Shown here in pieces: positions 8,991 through 17,010 of a DNA stretch of 32,000 nucleotides (positions are counted from its first letter, which is position 1; each line of letters begins with the position of its first letter). Source of the stretch: Acidobacteriota bacterium. Its GTDB lineage: Bacteria; Acidobacteriota; Holophagae; Acanthopleuribacterales; Acanthopleuribacteraceae. The translations under genes and the position numbers were made by a program. The stretch covers positions 192,996 to 224,995 of the forward strand of contig JACJWC010000001.1 in the NCBI GenBank assembly GCA_020637335.1, in the 5' to 3' direction. The notes under the pieces are model-generated. The model made no database searches. It was given only the letters and a program-made list of their open reading frames with translations, and was not told the DNA's origin.

Positions 8991-9839
8991 ATGAAGAAGT
9001 GGATGGTGTGTTTGCTTGTGTGTGGGTGTATTTTTGGCCAACAGCGAGAAGATTACGATGGGTCGGCCGGTGTAACGGGTCCTGTTGGCCCCAGGACCTG
9101 GGTTCAGCCGCGTGCGGTTCTTTTTGACAACGGTCCCTTGGTCAATAGCTCCGGCACTGGGGTGGGCGGTTTAGACGAATCGGTAATGCAAAACGTCAGT
9201 CTGGGTATGGGCTCTCTTGGATTTGGTTTTCAAAGCCTAGGCGGAAACAGGGTGGCAGAGGATTTTACGATTAGCGACCCCAGTTGGACGATTGACAGCA
9301 TCACCTTTTTTGCTTATCAAACGGGCAGCACCACAACCTCTTCATTGACAGATCTTACTCTTCGGATATGGGATGGACCGCCCGGTGCGGTGGGGAGCGC
9401 AGTCGTTTGGGGCGATACAAGCACCAATCGACTGAGCAGTACCTCATTTACGGGAATTTTTCGCGTGGCTGAAACGACCACGGGAGTATCTACAGAGCGG
9501 CCGATTATGGCCGTGGTTGCGACGGTCGGCGCCCAATTCCCAGCGGGCACTTATTGGCTGGATTACGCAGCGGCGGGCAGCCTTCCCTCTGGCCCCTGGG
9601 CACCGCCAATCACTATTAACGGCCAAACATCCACCGGAAATGCCATGCAATCCCTCGATATGGGTGTGTCCTTTAACCCGTTGCTGGACGGTTTTACCAT
9701 GACCCCACAAGGCCTCCCTTTTATCATTGAAGGCTCTGCTTTGTCCGTGCCGACCTTTGGCGCCTGGGGTCTCCTCGTATTCCTGGTCTGCATGGCGATT
9801 GGTGGGCTTTTCTATTTGCGCCGTCAACGCCTCGCCTAA
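8991..9839 (+). CDS. secreted protein with a C-terminal PEP-CTERM/IPTL-CTERM-like sorting tail
   Basis: ATG 8991 follows AAGGAGGGG (8978-8986), so the track start TTG 8961 is less likely. Signal peptide MKKWMVCLLVCGCIFGQQ. The extreme C-terminus VPTFGAWGLLVFLVCMAIGGLFYLRRQRLA (9747-9836) is a short motif, then a hydrophobic span, then an Arg cluster. Confidence 0.75.
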   Translation: MKKWMVCLLVCGCIFGQQREDYDGSAGVTGPVGPRTWVQPRAVLFDNGPLVNSSGTGVGGLDESVMQNVSLGMGSLGFGFQSLGGNRVAEDFTISDPSWTIDSITFFAYQTGSTTTSSLTDLTLRIWDGPPGAVGSAVVWGDTSTNRLSSTSFTGIFRVAETTTGVSTERPIMAVVATVGAQFPAGTYWLDYAAAGSLPSGPWAPPITINGQTSTGNAMQSLDMGVSFNPLLDGFTMTPQGLPFIIEGSALSVPTFGAWGLLVFLVCMAIGGLFYLRRQRLA

Positions 9840-9865
9840 CTTGGCCGGGTTGACAACTGCGATCA

Positions 9866-9896
9866 AGGCCTGCCACAAAAGGCGGGCCTTTTTTTC
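9866..9896 (+). terminator. Rho-independent terminator
   Basis: AGGCCTGCC (9866-9874) pairs with GGCGGGCCT (9881-9889) with one G-U pair. The loop is ACAAAA and the stem is followed by TTTTTTT. Confidence 0.8.
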
Positions 9897-9953
9897 GTCG
9901 GGTCAACGGGTTTTCCCTTCTTACCGATAACAGCCCATGAGAAGGAAAGGTTT

Positions 9954-12065
9954 ATGCATACGATTGCCACCCTGAGATGGGTTCCGGTTGATAGCCAAAA
10001 GACCCTTATTTTGGATCCGGTCGGTTCGCGCCTATTACTTCAACTTTCACCCGGCTCTGACCCGATTCCGATGGACCTTCCAGAAGGCTTCCTCTTCCCC
10101 ACCTGTATAAGTATTTCTGGCGAGAAGGTGGCCTTGGCCTCGGAATGGAATTCGGGTGTTTTAGTGGGGACTCTTCAGGCTTCGACCCTGCAGTGGCAGA
10201 ATTTTTTGGGAGAAAAGGAAGGCTTGAATTTCCCAATACACGTGCAATGGGTGGATGACGCCTTGTGGACGCTTAGCCAGGCGAACACCCATCTGCAGAT
10301 TTGGTCGCATCGCGATGGGCATTGGCACCCAAGCGAAAAAGTTTTGCCGGGAGCAAATATGCCATTTGCCTTCCACTTTTCGGCGGATTGTTTAGCCTGG
10401 ATCGATTTGCATGCTATTCATTTTGAACAAAATGGGCAAACCCTTCGACATAGCTTGCCTCACCCCAGATTAACCCGAATTTTGGCCATCCGAGATGGTG
10501 TGGTCATGGTGGATCTTCTTGATAAACAACTCATGCTATTTGATAGTACCGGTCTACATTATGGCGGCGAGGTGAATCATCCTGAAACATTGATTTGGAC
10601 TGCGGAAGGATTGCAATCCGGCTATGGGTTTCGTCGCCAAATTCCCATAAAACCAACCGGGCTTGCCTCTTTCGATTTGATGCGTGAGCTCACGAATTTG
10701 GCGGACCCAGCCCATTTTTTTGTTGGGCCAGCAATGGGCTGGGACTTCAGCCCTGAAAAAGCCTGGACGCTCGCCGGTTGCTTTGCGCGCGATCAATTTC
10801 TTTCGGCCTGGCAGAAGGCCATTGATCAAGCCGATCCCCCCCAAAAACTAAAATTTTTTCATGCTCTAAAGAATTTTTGCCTGAAACAAAGCCAAAATTT
10901 ATGGGAAGGCTCATCTGTTGACTTATTAAAGGCAGTCGTTTTCCATGCCTTATTCGACCTAACCCAAAGGTTATTAGGCAGTTTGGGAGATCTGAAACAG
11001 TCCATCCTGGAATCTTCCCAAGAAAGCCCAGAGAATTTGCATTTATTTCGTTTGTTAGGCGCCTATTTTCAATCCCAGCGGGTGATGAATTTGGCTGTGA
11101 TTAAACATTCATTCGAGGGTTATCTGTTTGGCCGAGCTGAAGACTACCCTTTCCAACACCATGCCTGGTTCGATGTTTTGCGGTACCAAATATTCAGAGG
11201 AAAGTGGGAGGAAGTACGCGACTTTATCGCCTTTGCTATTAATTTTATTAAGGAACCCAGTGCGATTGGGCACCTTTTCGAGCCTTTAGTTTTGGCCGGA
11301 CAAGCGCAGCTGGTCGTGCCATTGTTAACGCCCAAAAATATTCAGCACGAAGCATATCAAGCGTTTTTCGCCATGCGAAATCAGGGTGGGTCGCCAAAGC
11401 TGCCCTTGGCCATGGCAAGCCATCCAGATTATCACTTTTGGCAGGGTTGGCTGTTCCTTCAGGCCTGCCAAGAGAAACTTGCAAGCCATCACTTTGGGTT
11501 ACTGAACCGGCAAGAAAGCAATCTCAAAAGCCGCCTTTTTTGGGCGACCTCAAATATTTTGGTTGGGAAAACGGACGAGGTTGGTACTGAAGCCAAACGC
11601 TTTCCACCCCCGCTTAGGTGTTTATTCGAAACCATGGTCCGCCTCAGGGTCCACGGCCCACTTGGACTTGGGGATTTGGATCAGCATAAACCCTATTTAC
11701 CCATCCATTTGTTGAAAGGTATTTTTCTGAGGCTAGCGGGCAATCTGCAAAAAGCTCGCGAGGAAATGCTTTTAGAAAGTTTTTATCCCAAATGGGTCAG
11801 AGATCTTCACCTTTTGGTTAATGCGATGGCTCAGGGAACCTATCGGACCGGCGAGGCCTTAGAGCTCCCTTTGATGGCCTATTTCCGTTGCGGATCACGC
11901 ATGGTCAATCGAAAGGATAGCGATTTTGAAGACCGCTTAATGGAATATGCGAACCGGGAAAAAAAATGCCATGGTGTTGGACCCATCGACTCTCCAGAGG
12001 TACTCACCAATTGCATGCTTTGGTTTGTTTATACGGGTGCCAGTTGGCAACCATTTTTACCTTGA
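9954..12065 (+). CDS. hypothetical protein, 703 aa, no recognisable family
   Basis: Long uninterrupted ORF with AGGAAAGG upstream of ATG 9954 and no signal peptide. The N-terminal ~230 aa look beta-rich (WD/propeller-like strand patterns). The remainder is helical and rich in W/F/H/L. No catalytic motif recognised. Confidence 0.7.
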   Translation: MHTIATLRWVPVDSQKTLILDPVGSRLLLQLSPGSDPIPMDLPEGFLFPTCISISGEKVALASEWNSGVLVGTLQASTLQWQNFLGEKEGLNFPIHVQWVDDALWTLSQANTHLQIWSHRDGHWHPSEKVLPGANMPFAFHFSADCLAWIDLHAIHFEQNGQTLRHSLPHPRLTRILAIRDGVVMVDLLDKQLMLFDSTGLHYGGEVNHPETLIWTAEGLQSGYGFRRQIPIKPTGLASFDLMRELTNLADPAHFFVGPAMGWDFSPEKAWTLAGCFARDQFLSAWQKAIDQADPPQKLKFFHALKNFCLKQSQNLWEGSSVDLLKAVVFHALFDLTQRLLGSLGDLKQSILESSQESPENLHLFRLLGAYFQSQRVMNLAVIKHSFEGYLFGRAEDYPFQHHAWFDVLRYQIFRGKWEEVRDFIAFAINFIKEPSAIGHLFEPLVLAGQAQLVVPLLTPKNIQHEAYQAFFAMRNQGGSPKLPLAMASHPDYHFWQGWLFLQACQEKLASHHFGLLNRQESNLKSRLFWATSNILVGKTDEVGTEAKRFPPPLRCLFETMVRLRVHGPLGLGDLDQHKPYLPIHLLKGIFLRLAGNLQKAREEMLLESFYPKWVRDLHLLVNAMAQGTYRTGEALELPLMAYFRCGSRMVNRKDSDFEDRLMEYANREKKCHGVGPIDSPEVLTNCMLWFVYTGASWQPFLP

Positions 12066-12106
12066 GGTGGACCCGCCTGAAATTTTTGAGCAGATTCAAA
12101 GCGCTC

Positions 12107-13714
12107 CTATTCAGGATGTTGTGGTTCCTGACTCATTAGGTCCGTAAAAATGGGATCAAGCCGCGCGCGACGGCAGTCGCTGGGGCTGAGCCGATGGGCC
12201 TCGACCATGAGACCCAGAAGTGGATCCTGAGCCCGCTGGAAATAAATAAAATCGCGATCCTGCACCCAGCCCTTTGCGACCAATTGCTGGCCAATGCTGC
12301 CTTCATCCAACGAAGTAGCAATGATAAGAAAATCAATGGATTCTCGGTTCAGCTGGTGACCGGGCCAAACCTCGATACCTTCGATCGCCTTGCCCCACTT
12401 TTGAGGATCATTGTCGTAAAAGCGATAAGTCCAATTGGGTCTTTGACTTTTAAAAAAATGCAATTGGGCCTTTCCGGCGCCACCACATCCAAAAATCCCC
12501 AAGCGAAAGGGGCCGGTTCTATCAGTTCGAAAATCACGCGGCACAAAGCGCGACAAAATCGATTGGTATGCAAGGAGCCGCTTTAACAGGTTTAAGTCCT
12601 TGGGTCGCGTCTTTTCACCGAGTAATAACGCGGTCATCTGGGGTTCATTCAGCCATTCGCCATCTTCGCTGAGATACAAATCATCATTACGGCCTTCATC
12701 CAGCAACGCTTGCATTTTTTTTAGGGCCTGAGCCAATTCACTGACCGAATTCTCAATTAATTCGTAGTCCAGCCCATCGACTAAACGGCCGGGCCCAAAG
12801 CCTCCGTGATAAAGGTCTATTTGGGTATAGGGGACCAGTTGGCCTTTTATGGCAACGCGTTTACCTAGGTTGATCGTGGGCAAATCTGGAAAACGCAGTG
12901 CGGTGAAGGGTTGGGTTGTATTGATGTAGAGGATAGGCCGGCGCATGGCGTGGGCCACATTACCGACACCGCTGTTACAGCCTACAAAGAAGCGAGCGCC
13001 CTGATGAAGGGCAAATTGTTGGGTCAGGCTTAGACCCATATGAGTCGTATCCAAAATAAACGGATCGGAGCACGGTTTGGCTTGGGCGTCGCCGACCCGA
13101 ATTACCTGGGTTGGAGGTACCAGGGCCAATTTACAGGCGCGGATCAAAGGGTCTAAGGTGTAATTGCGTACATCATTGATCCAGGAAGTGGCGCGCATAG
13201 ATCCATGTTGGTGTAACTGACGGGCCCAGGCAGACTCCCTGTTATGGATGGTAATGTATTGGAAAATATTGTGTTCAGCCAAAAATCTCTCGCGCCAAGC
13301 CAGGACGTTTTGTGGGATACGCCAGGGTTGGGCGACGCCGGCGAATAGGCCTGCATAGAGCATTGGCAAATAGCGGACCGAATCAAAATGGGGCCGAAGG
13401 AGCGGTTCAATATCCTGCCAGTTCCACTCTTCACTGTCCCAAACGACCAAGTGTTTAACACCAGCTGCTTTTAAGAGCGCAACGGAACGGGCAATTGATT
13501 CCTGCCCGGGCTCTTCGGCTGGAATGTCCAGCGTTAATAGATGTGAGACCCAGGGTGAACATTCGGCAATTTCTTTTAAGTAAGCAAATGGGCCTTGTTT
13601 AGGTACGACCACGGTTAATGGTTGGCCATAAATTTTACCCCAACCCAGATAGGCTTGGATGGTATCACCGATTAAAGCACGTAAGGTGAAGCTGCCGACG
13701 GAGGACGGGTTCAA
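12107..13714 (-). CDS. GT-B-like putative glycosyltransferase fused to a C-terminal small Rossmann-like (GxGxxG) module
   Basis: TTG start at 13712-13714 overlaps the radical SAM stop (TTGA), with AAGGAG about 10 nt upstream. The central segment ITIHNRES...NDVRNY...VIRVGD...ILDTT...FFVGCNSGVGNVAHAMRRPILYINT resembles the C-terminal nucleotide-sugar-binding half of heptosyltransferase-like GT-B enzymes. The C-terminal module FRLGIFGCGGAGKAQL...YRFYDNDPQKWGKAIEGIEVW lies at 12311-12508. Family not assignable by eye. Confidence 0.65.
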   Translation of the reverse strand: MNPSSVGSFTLRALIGDTIQAYLGWGKIYGQPLTVVVPKQGPFAYLKEIAECSPWVSHLLTLDIPAEEPGQESIARSVALLKAAGVKHLVVWDSEEWNWQDIEPLLRPHFDSVRYLPMLYAGLFAGVAQPWRIPQNVLAWRERFLAEHNIFQYITIHNRESAWARQLHQHGSMRATSWINDVRNYTLDPLIRACKLALVPPTQVIRVGDAQAKPCSDPFILDTTHMGLSLTQQFALHQGARFFVGCNSGVGNVAHAMRRPILYINTTQPFTALRFPDLPTINLGKRVAIKGQLVPYTQIDLYHGGFGPGRLVDGLDYELIENSVSELAQALKKMQALLDEGRNDDLYLSEDGEWLNEPQMTALLLGEKTRPKDLNLLKRLLAYQSILSRFVPRDFRTDRTGPFRLGIFGCGGAGKAQLHFFKSQRPNWTYRFYDNDPQKWGKAIEGIEVWPGHQLNRESIDFLIIATSLDEGSIGQQLVAKGWVQDRDFIYFQRAQDPLLGLMVEAHRLSPSDCRRARLDPIFTDLMSQEPQHPE

Positions 13715-14721
13715 CTGGCTGTTTCTCCTTCTCCGCTATGAAAGATGTGGCCAGCCAAGGGTTTTTTTAAGTGAACAAAGGGCGCGATGTACTGATCGAA
13801 AAAGACCCGACTCTCACCGGGTGGACAGCGCGGTTCCTGGGCTTGGAACCATGGGATTTGCGTGATCTCTGCATAGATTTCGCGAATGGGTTTCTGGCCC
13901 ACACGACCAAAACTGAACTGCAAAAAATTGCAGGGAAAAACATGGCCGTCGACTGAAATACTGAGAAACTCAGCTCCTGCTGGACAGTGGTCACAGATCC
14001 CGCAATAAATATCGCGATGGATTTGGTTTTGACCATTGGGTAAGCGGGCGAGGAGGCTTTGCAGATCTTTAATAAAAGCTGCGTCTTCCGCTGTAATCAG
14101 CCCTTCTCTTTTGCCGTCCCACAAGCCAACGGGTTGGGCGATTTGAATTTCAAGCCGGACTTGATGGGTTTGTGCTAGGACCAATAAAGATTCGAATCCA
14201 GGGCTGTGAAGATTTTGATGGGTCACAACTGTGGATAGCGAGGCGAGCAGGCCTGCTGCCTTCACCCGTTCCAAACCGTCAATGACCCGTTGGAATGCCC
14301 CTTCTTGTCGGCTTTGGTCGTGTTCATGGGGTAAGCCGGAGTCTAAACTAAAGCAGATTTTATCGACTTGCCATTCGGTCAATTGTTTGACGGTTGCCTC
14401 ATCCATGTGCCAGCCGTTGGTAACAAGGGTGATGAAGCATTCCTCTGGCCGACAATGGTTGAGGATTAGCGCCAACCTGCGCTTGTCCAAGATTGCCTCG
14501 CCACCCTGCAGGACATAGTGAAAGACGCCCATGCGGTGCAACTCGGCCAGAAGTGTCTGCATTTGAGCGTCTGAAAGGGGTGTTGCTTTTTTAAAGGGTT
14601 CAGCATAACAGAATGAACAGGTCATGTTACATAATCCGGTTACATCCAGGGCGACTGTTCTTAAATGGCCCGGTTTGTGGTTGCGCTGTTTTTGGTGCAA
14701 GGAGGGTTTGCGGGCATACAT
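13711..14721 (-). CDS. radical SAM enzyme with a partial SPASM/twitch-like C-terminal Cys domain
   Basis: ATG at 14719-14721 follows GGAAGAGG about 7 nt upstream; the track start 14835 adds 38 unlikely residues. CX3CX2C motif CNMTCSFC at 14608-14631. GGEAIL SAM-binding-like segment. The C-terminus has CGICDHC and then C-x13-G-x4-C (CPAGAEFLSISVDGHVFPC), but no CX2CX5CX3C block. Confidence 0.9.
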   Translation of the reverse strand: MYARKPSLHQKQRNHKPGHLRTVALDVTGLCNMTCSFCYAEPFKKATPLSDAQMQTLLAELHRMGVFHYVLQGGEAILDKRRLALILNHCRPEECFITLVTNGWHMDEATVKQLTEWQVDKICFSLDSGLPHEHDQSRQEGAFQRVIDGLERVKAAGLLASLSTVVTHQNLHSPGFESLLVLAQTHQVRLEIQIAQPVGLWDGKREGLITAEDAAFIKDLQSLLARLPNGQNQIHRDIYCGICDHCPAGAEFLSISVDGHVFPCNFLQFSFGRVGQKPIREIYAEITQIPWFQAQEPRCPPGESRVFFDQYIAPFVHLKKPLAGHIFHSGEGETAS

Positions 14722-14906
14722 AAAACTACCTCTTCCTGCTCTTTTCGGTGGAAAAGTATTCAACTTGATCTTTTGAGCCGGGTGACGATGAAGATTGTAA
14801 TGGCTGGGAAACCGAATCCCCAGGTAAACTAGCAAATAAATGAGTGACTTATGTTTTTTTCGGAACGCGTTGGTGGGCAGACGTTCAGGTTGGGAGGGGT
14901 GCCTTG

Positions 14907-15467
14907 ATGGCCCATTTTGCCCAATTCGCTGAACAAGGGCTTAAGGTGAAGGGGATTCAGGCAATTGCTAATTCCCTGGTGCCGCTGCTTTCACACGAGA
15001 ATTGCCTTCAAACCCGCTCCAGGACAAGCTTGGTCACAGAACTCAAAAATCAGTTTTTGGAGGGTAAGTGGGATTTTTATTGTTGGGATGAGTTGACCAA
15101 AGGGGCAGAAATGAAATTCTTTTTGAGCTGCCAACTTGAACCATGCCCAATTGTAGAGCTGTATTGCGGATACGCCTTTTGGGTGCGCCAAGTGGCCGAG
15201 TTGTTTGATTGGCACCATTGGCTCGAGCACCGTACCTCATTCGGGTTCAAAATCAGGACCGCACGTGCCTGCATTGATCGCGAACGGTCCTTGCTTGACG
15301 CGCTGAGCTTTGCCCCGGACGGATTTGGTTCCAACCCCAAGGTCAAGCATTATTCCCAGTGGTTGCCCCAAATTGATGGTGCCTTTTTTGAGCAGGCCGG
15401 GGAATGGTTGTGCGCGTGGGTCGATCCGCCGCAAGCCGATTTGTACCTTTTTGAGGTGGAAAAATGA
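14907..15467 (+). CDS. hypothetical protein, 186 aa (first gene of the plus-strand tailoring operon)
   Basis: ATG 14907 follows GGGAGGGG (14892-14899), so the track start GTG 14844 is less likely. Rich in W and C (7 Cys) and has no signal peptide. The stop overlaps the next start (ATGA at 15464-15467). No family recognised. Confidence 0.65.
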   Translation: MAHFAQFAEQGLKVKGIQAIANSLVPLLSHENCLQTRSRTSLVTELKNQFLEGKWDFYCWDELTKGAEMKFFLSCQLEPCPIVELYCGYAFWVRQVAELFDWHHWLEHRTSFGFKIRTARACIDRERSLLDALSFAPDGFGSNPKVKHYSQWLPQIDGAFFEQAGEWLCAWVDPPQADLYLFEVEK

Positions 15468-16252
15468 ATCAATGCGAGTTCCGCGAAAAGGGCTACTACC
15501 TTTCAAAGCAACTGCTTTCGGCTGAATGGGTAAAAATCATCAAAGGTTTTTTGACCCAAGAGCTCCCGCTCTGCTTGGAGAAAGTCCAAAAAGAAGTTCC
15601 TATTGCCGATTGGTCCTGCTGGGGCTCTGCGCTGCAAAACTGGTTAATCGAAAAGGATTTAAGTCAGCTATCCGGAGAAATTCGCAACGTTTTGTGTGGC
15701 CACTTTCGTTTGGAAACGCGCTTAAATCCTATTCTTACCACCATTTGCCAGCAGAGGTTTTTAATCGATACGGTCCGTGCGCTTTTGGGTGAGGGCTTCT
15801 TATGCCTGCACATGCCTCCGGTGGCTCGATTCATATTGCCTAACAATCCATTTTCGCGAGTGCCCGCCCACCAAGACATTCAATATAATTCTTTTTTAGG
15901 TCACTTCTTAACGGCTTGGGTTCCGTTGGTCCCCATCGACGATAAGTGTGGAGGGGTGTTGGTTTATGAAGGGCGACCCGAGGGTGTGCTCAGTGCCTCG
16001 GATCCGGGTGGACCTTTCTGGCTGCCAAAAACCGACCCGCAGGATCGCGAGGTTCGCGTTCTATCAATGCAGCCCGGTGATGTTCTGTTTTTGGATCCCT
16101 ACATTTTGCATGAGTCCGCCCCTAACCGAGCCGAATTTGCACGGCTCAGCCTTGACTATCGATTTTTTTTGCGCCGGGAAAAAGCCCAGAAGCACTATAT
16201 GGAAGTTGATACTTTGCAGTTAGTTTCACCCGATCAGGAGGCCGCCCCATGA
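15464..16252 (+). CDS. phytanoyl-CoA dioxygenase (PhyH)-family Fe(II)/2-oxoglutarate-dependent oxygenase
   Basis: HxD facial-triad segment VPAHQDIQY, distal His in PYILHESAPN and Arg in ARLSLDYRF. The size (262 aa) and spacing fit the PhyH family. GAGGTGGA RBS. Confidence 0.8.
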   Translation: MNQCEFREKGYYLSKQLLSAEWVKIIKGFLTQELPLCLEKVQKEVPIADWSCWGSALQNWLIEKDLSQLSGEIRNVLCGHFRLETRLNPILTTICQQRFLIDTVRALLGEGFLCLHMPPVARFILPNNPFSRVPAHQDIQYNSFLGHFLTAWVPLVPIDDKCGGVLVYEGRPEGVLSASDPGGPFWLPKTDPQDREVRVLSMQPGDVLFLDPYILHESAPNRAEFARLSLDYRFFLRREKAQKHYMEVDTLQLVSPDQEAAP

Positions 16253-17010
16253 AAACCCAGGACGGAATGAAAAAAACCGGGCCCGATGAGGCGATTGAGC
16301 AGGCCTTGGCCCTGCACTGTGCCAACCACAATCTAACCCCATTAGATGCTGTCAAGCTATTTCCTGTCTTGGCTCGGCGTCAATGGTTAAAGCGCTTTTT
16401 GGCGCATCATCAGCTGTTCTTGCAAACTTTGGAAGTGCCTGGTGACATTGCCGAGTTAGGCGTATTTCGCGGGGCTGGTTTGTTTACCTGGGCCAATTTT
16501 CTGGAGGCCTATTGTATTGGGGATCGGACCAAAACGGTTTATGGATTTGATAATTGGCAAGGCTTTCGCGAATTCAGTCCTCAGGATGGGCCGGCCATTC
16601 CGGAAGCTCATAAGCAAGTGGGTGATTTCTCACCTGAACCATTCTGGCATGAACTGCAATCGGCCTTGGCCCTGTTTGACCAGGACCGATTTGTTCCCTG
16701 GAAAGCACGCATCAAACTGGTGCGCGGTCAGATCGAAGAAGAAGTCCCCCGTTTTTTGGAACAAAATCCAGGCGTACGCTTTTCGTTGATCCATTTTGAC
16801 TGCGATTTGTATCGCCCCACACAAGTGGCTTTGCAACACTTCTGGCCACGTCTCTCCCGGGGTGGGCTCATGCTTTTTGACGAATATGCCATTGCTGACT
16901 GGCCGGGTGAAACAGCTGCGGTCGATGAATTTTTTGCTGATAAACCTGAGGTCCAGGTAAAAACCTTAAACTGGACCAATACGCCTGCTGGGTATGTGGT
17001 TAAACCCTGA
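16249..17010 (+). CDS. TylF/MycF-type (macrocin O-methyltransferase family) class I SAM-dependent methyltransferase
   Basis: GDIAELGVFRGAG (SAM motif I), IHFDCDLYRPT and GGLMLFDEYAIADWPGETAAVDEFF match the TylF-family pattern as I remember it. ATGA overlap with the upstream gene. Confidence 0.8.
   Translation: MKTQDGMKKTGPDEAIEQALALHCANHNLTPLDAVKLFPVLARRQWLKRFLAHHQLFLQTLEVPGDIAELGVFRGAGLFTWANFLEAYCIGDRTKTVYGFDNWQGFREFSPQDGPAIPEAHKQVGDFSPEPFWHELQSALALFDQDRFVPWKARIKLVRGQIEEEVPRFLEQNPGVRFSLIHFDCDLYRPTQVALQHFWPRLSRGGLMLFDEYAIADWPGETAAVDEFFADKPEVQVKTLNWTNTPAGYVVKP

Noticed and set aside
13711-14721. The radical SAM enzyme as an anaerobic sulfatase-maturating enzyme serving the sulfatase-fold DUF1501 protein at 7522-8871.
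   Set aside because: The DUF1501 protein has GAPSHVD where sulfatases carry the C/S-x-P-x-R formylglycine motif. The radical SAM protein lacks the full SPASM Cys complement typical of anSMEs. The genes are 5 kb apart on opposite strands in different operons.
14840-14932. 30-codon plus-strand ORF MSDLCFFRNALVGRRSGWEGCLDGPFCPIR in the divergent control region next to the radical SAM gene, considered as a candidate RiPP precursor.
   Set aside because: It has no Shine-Dalgarno sequence, although nearly all real genes here have one. It overlaps the RBS and start of the 14907 gene in another frame, and it shows no leader/core organisation. It cannot be formally excluded without conservation or peptidomics data. 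The 14-codon ORF at about 14787 (MKIVMAGKPNPQVN) is rejected for the same reasons.
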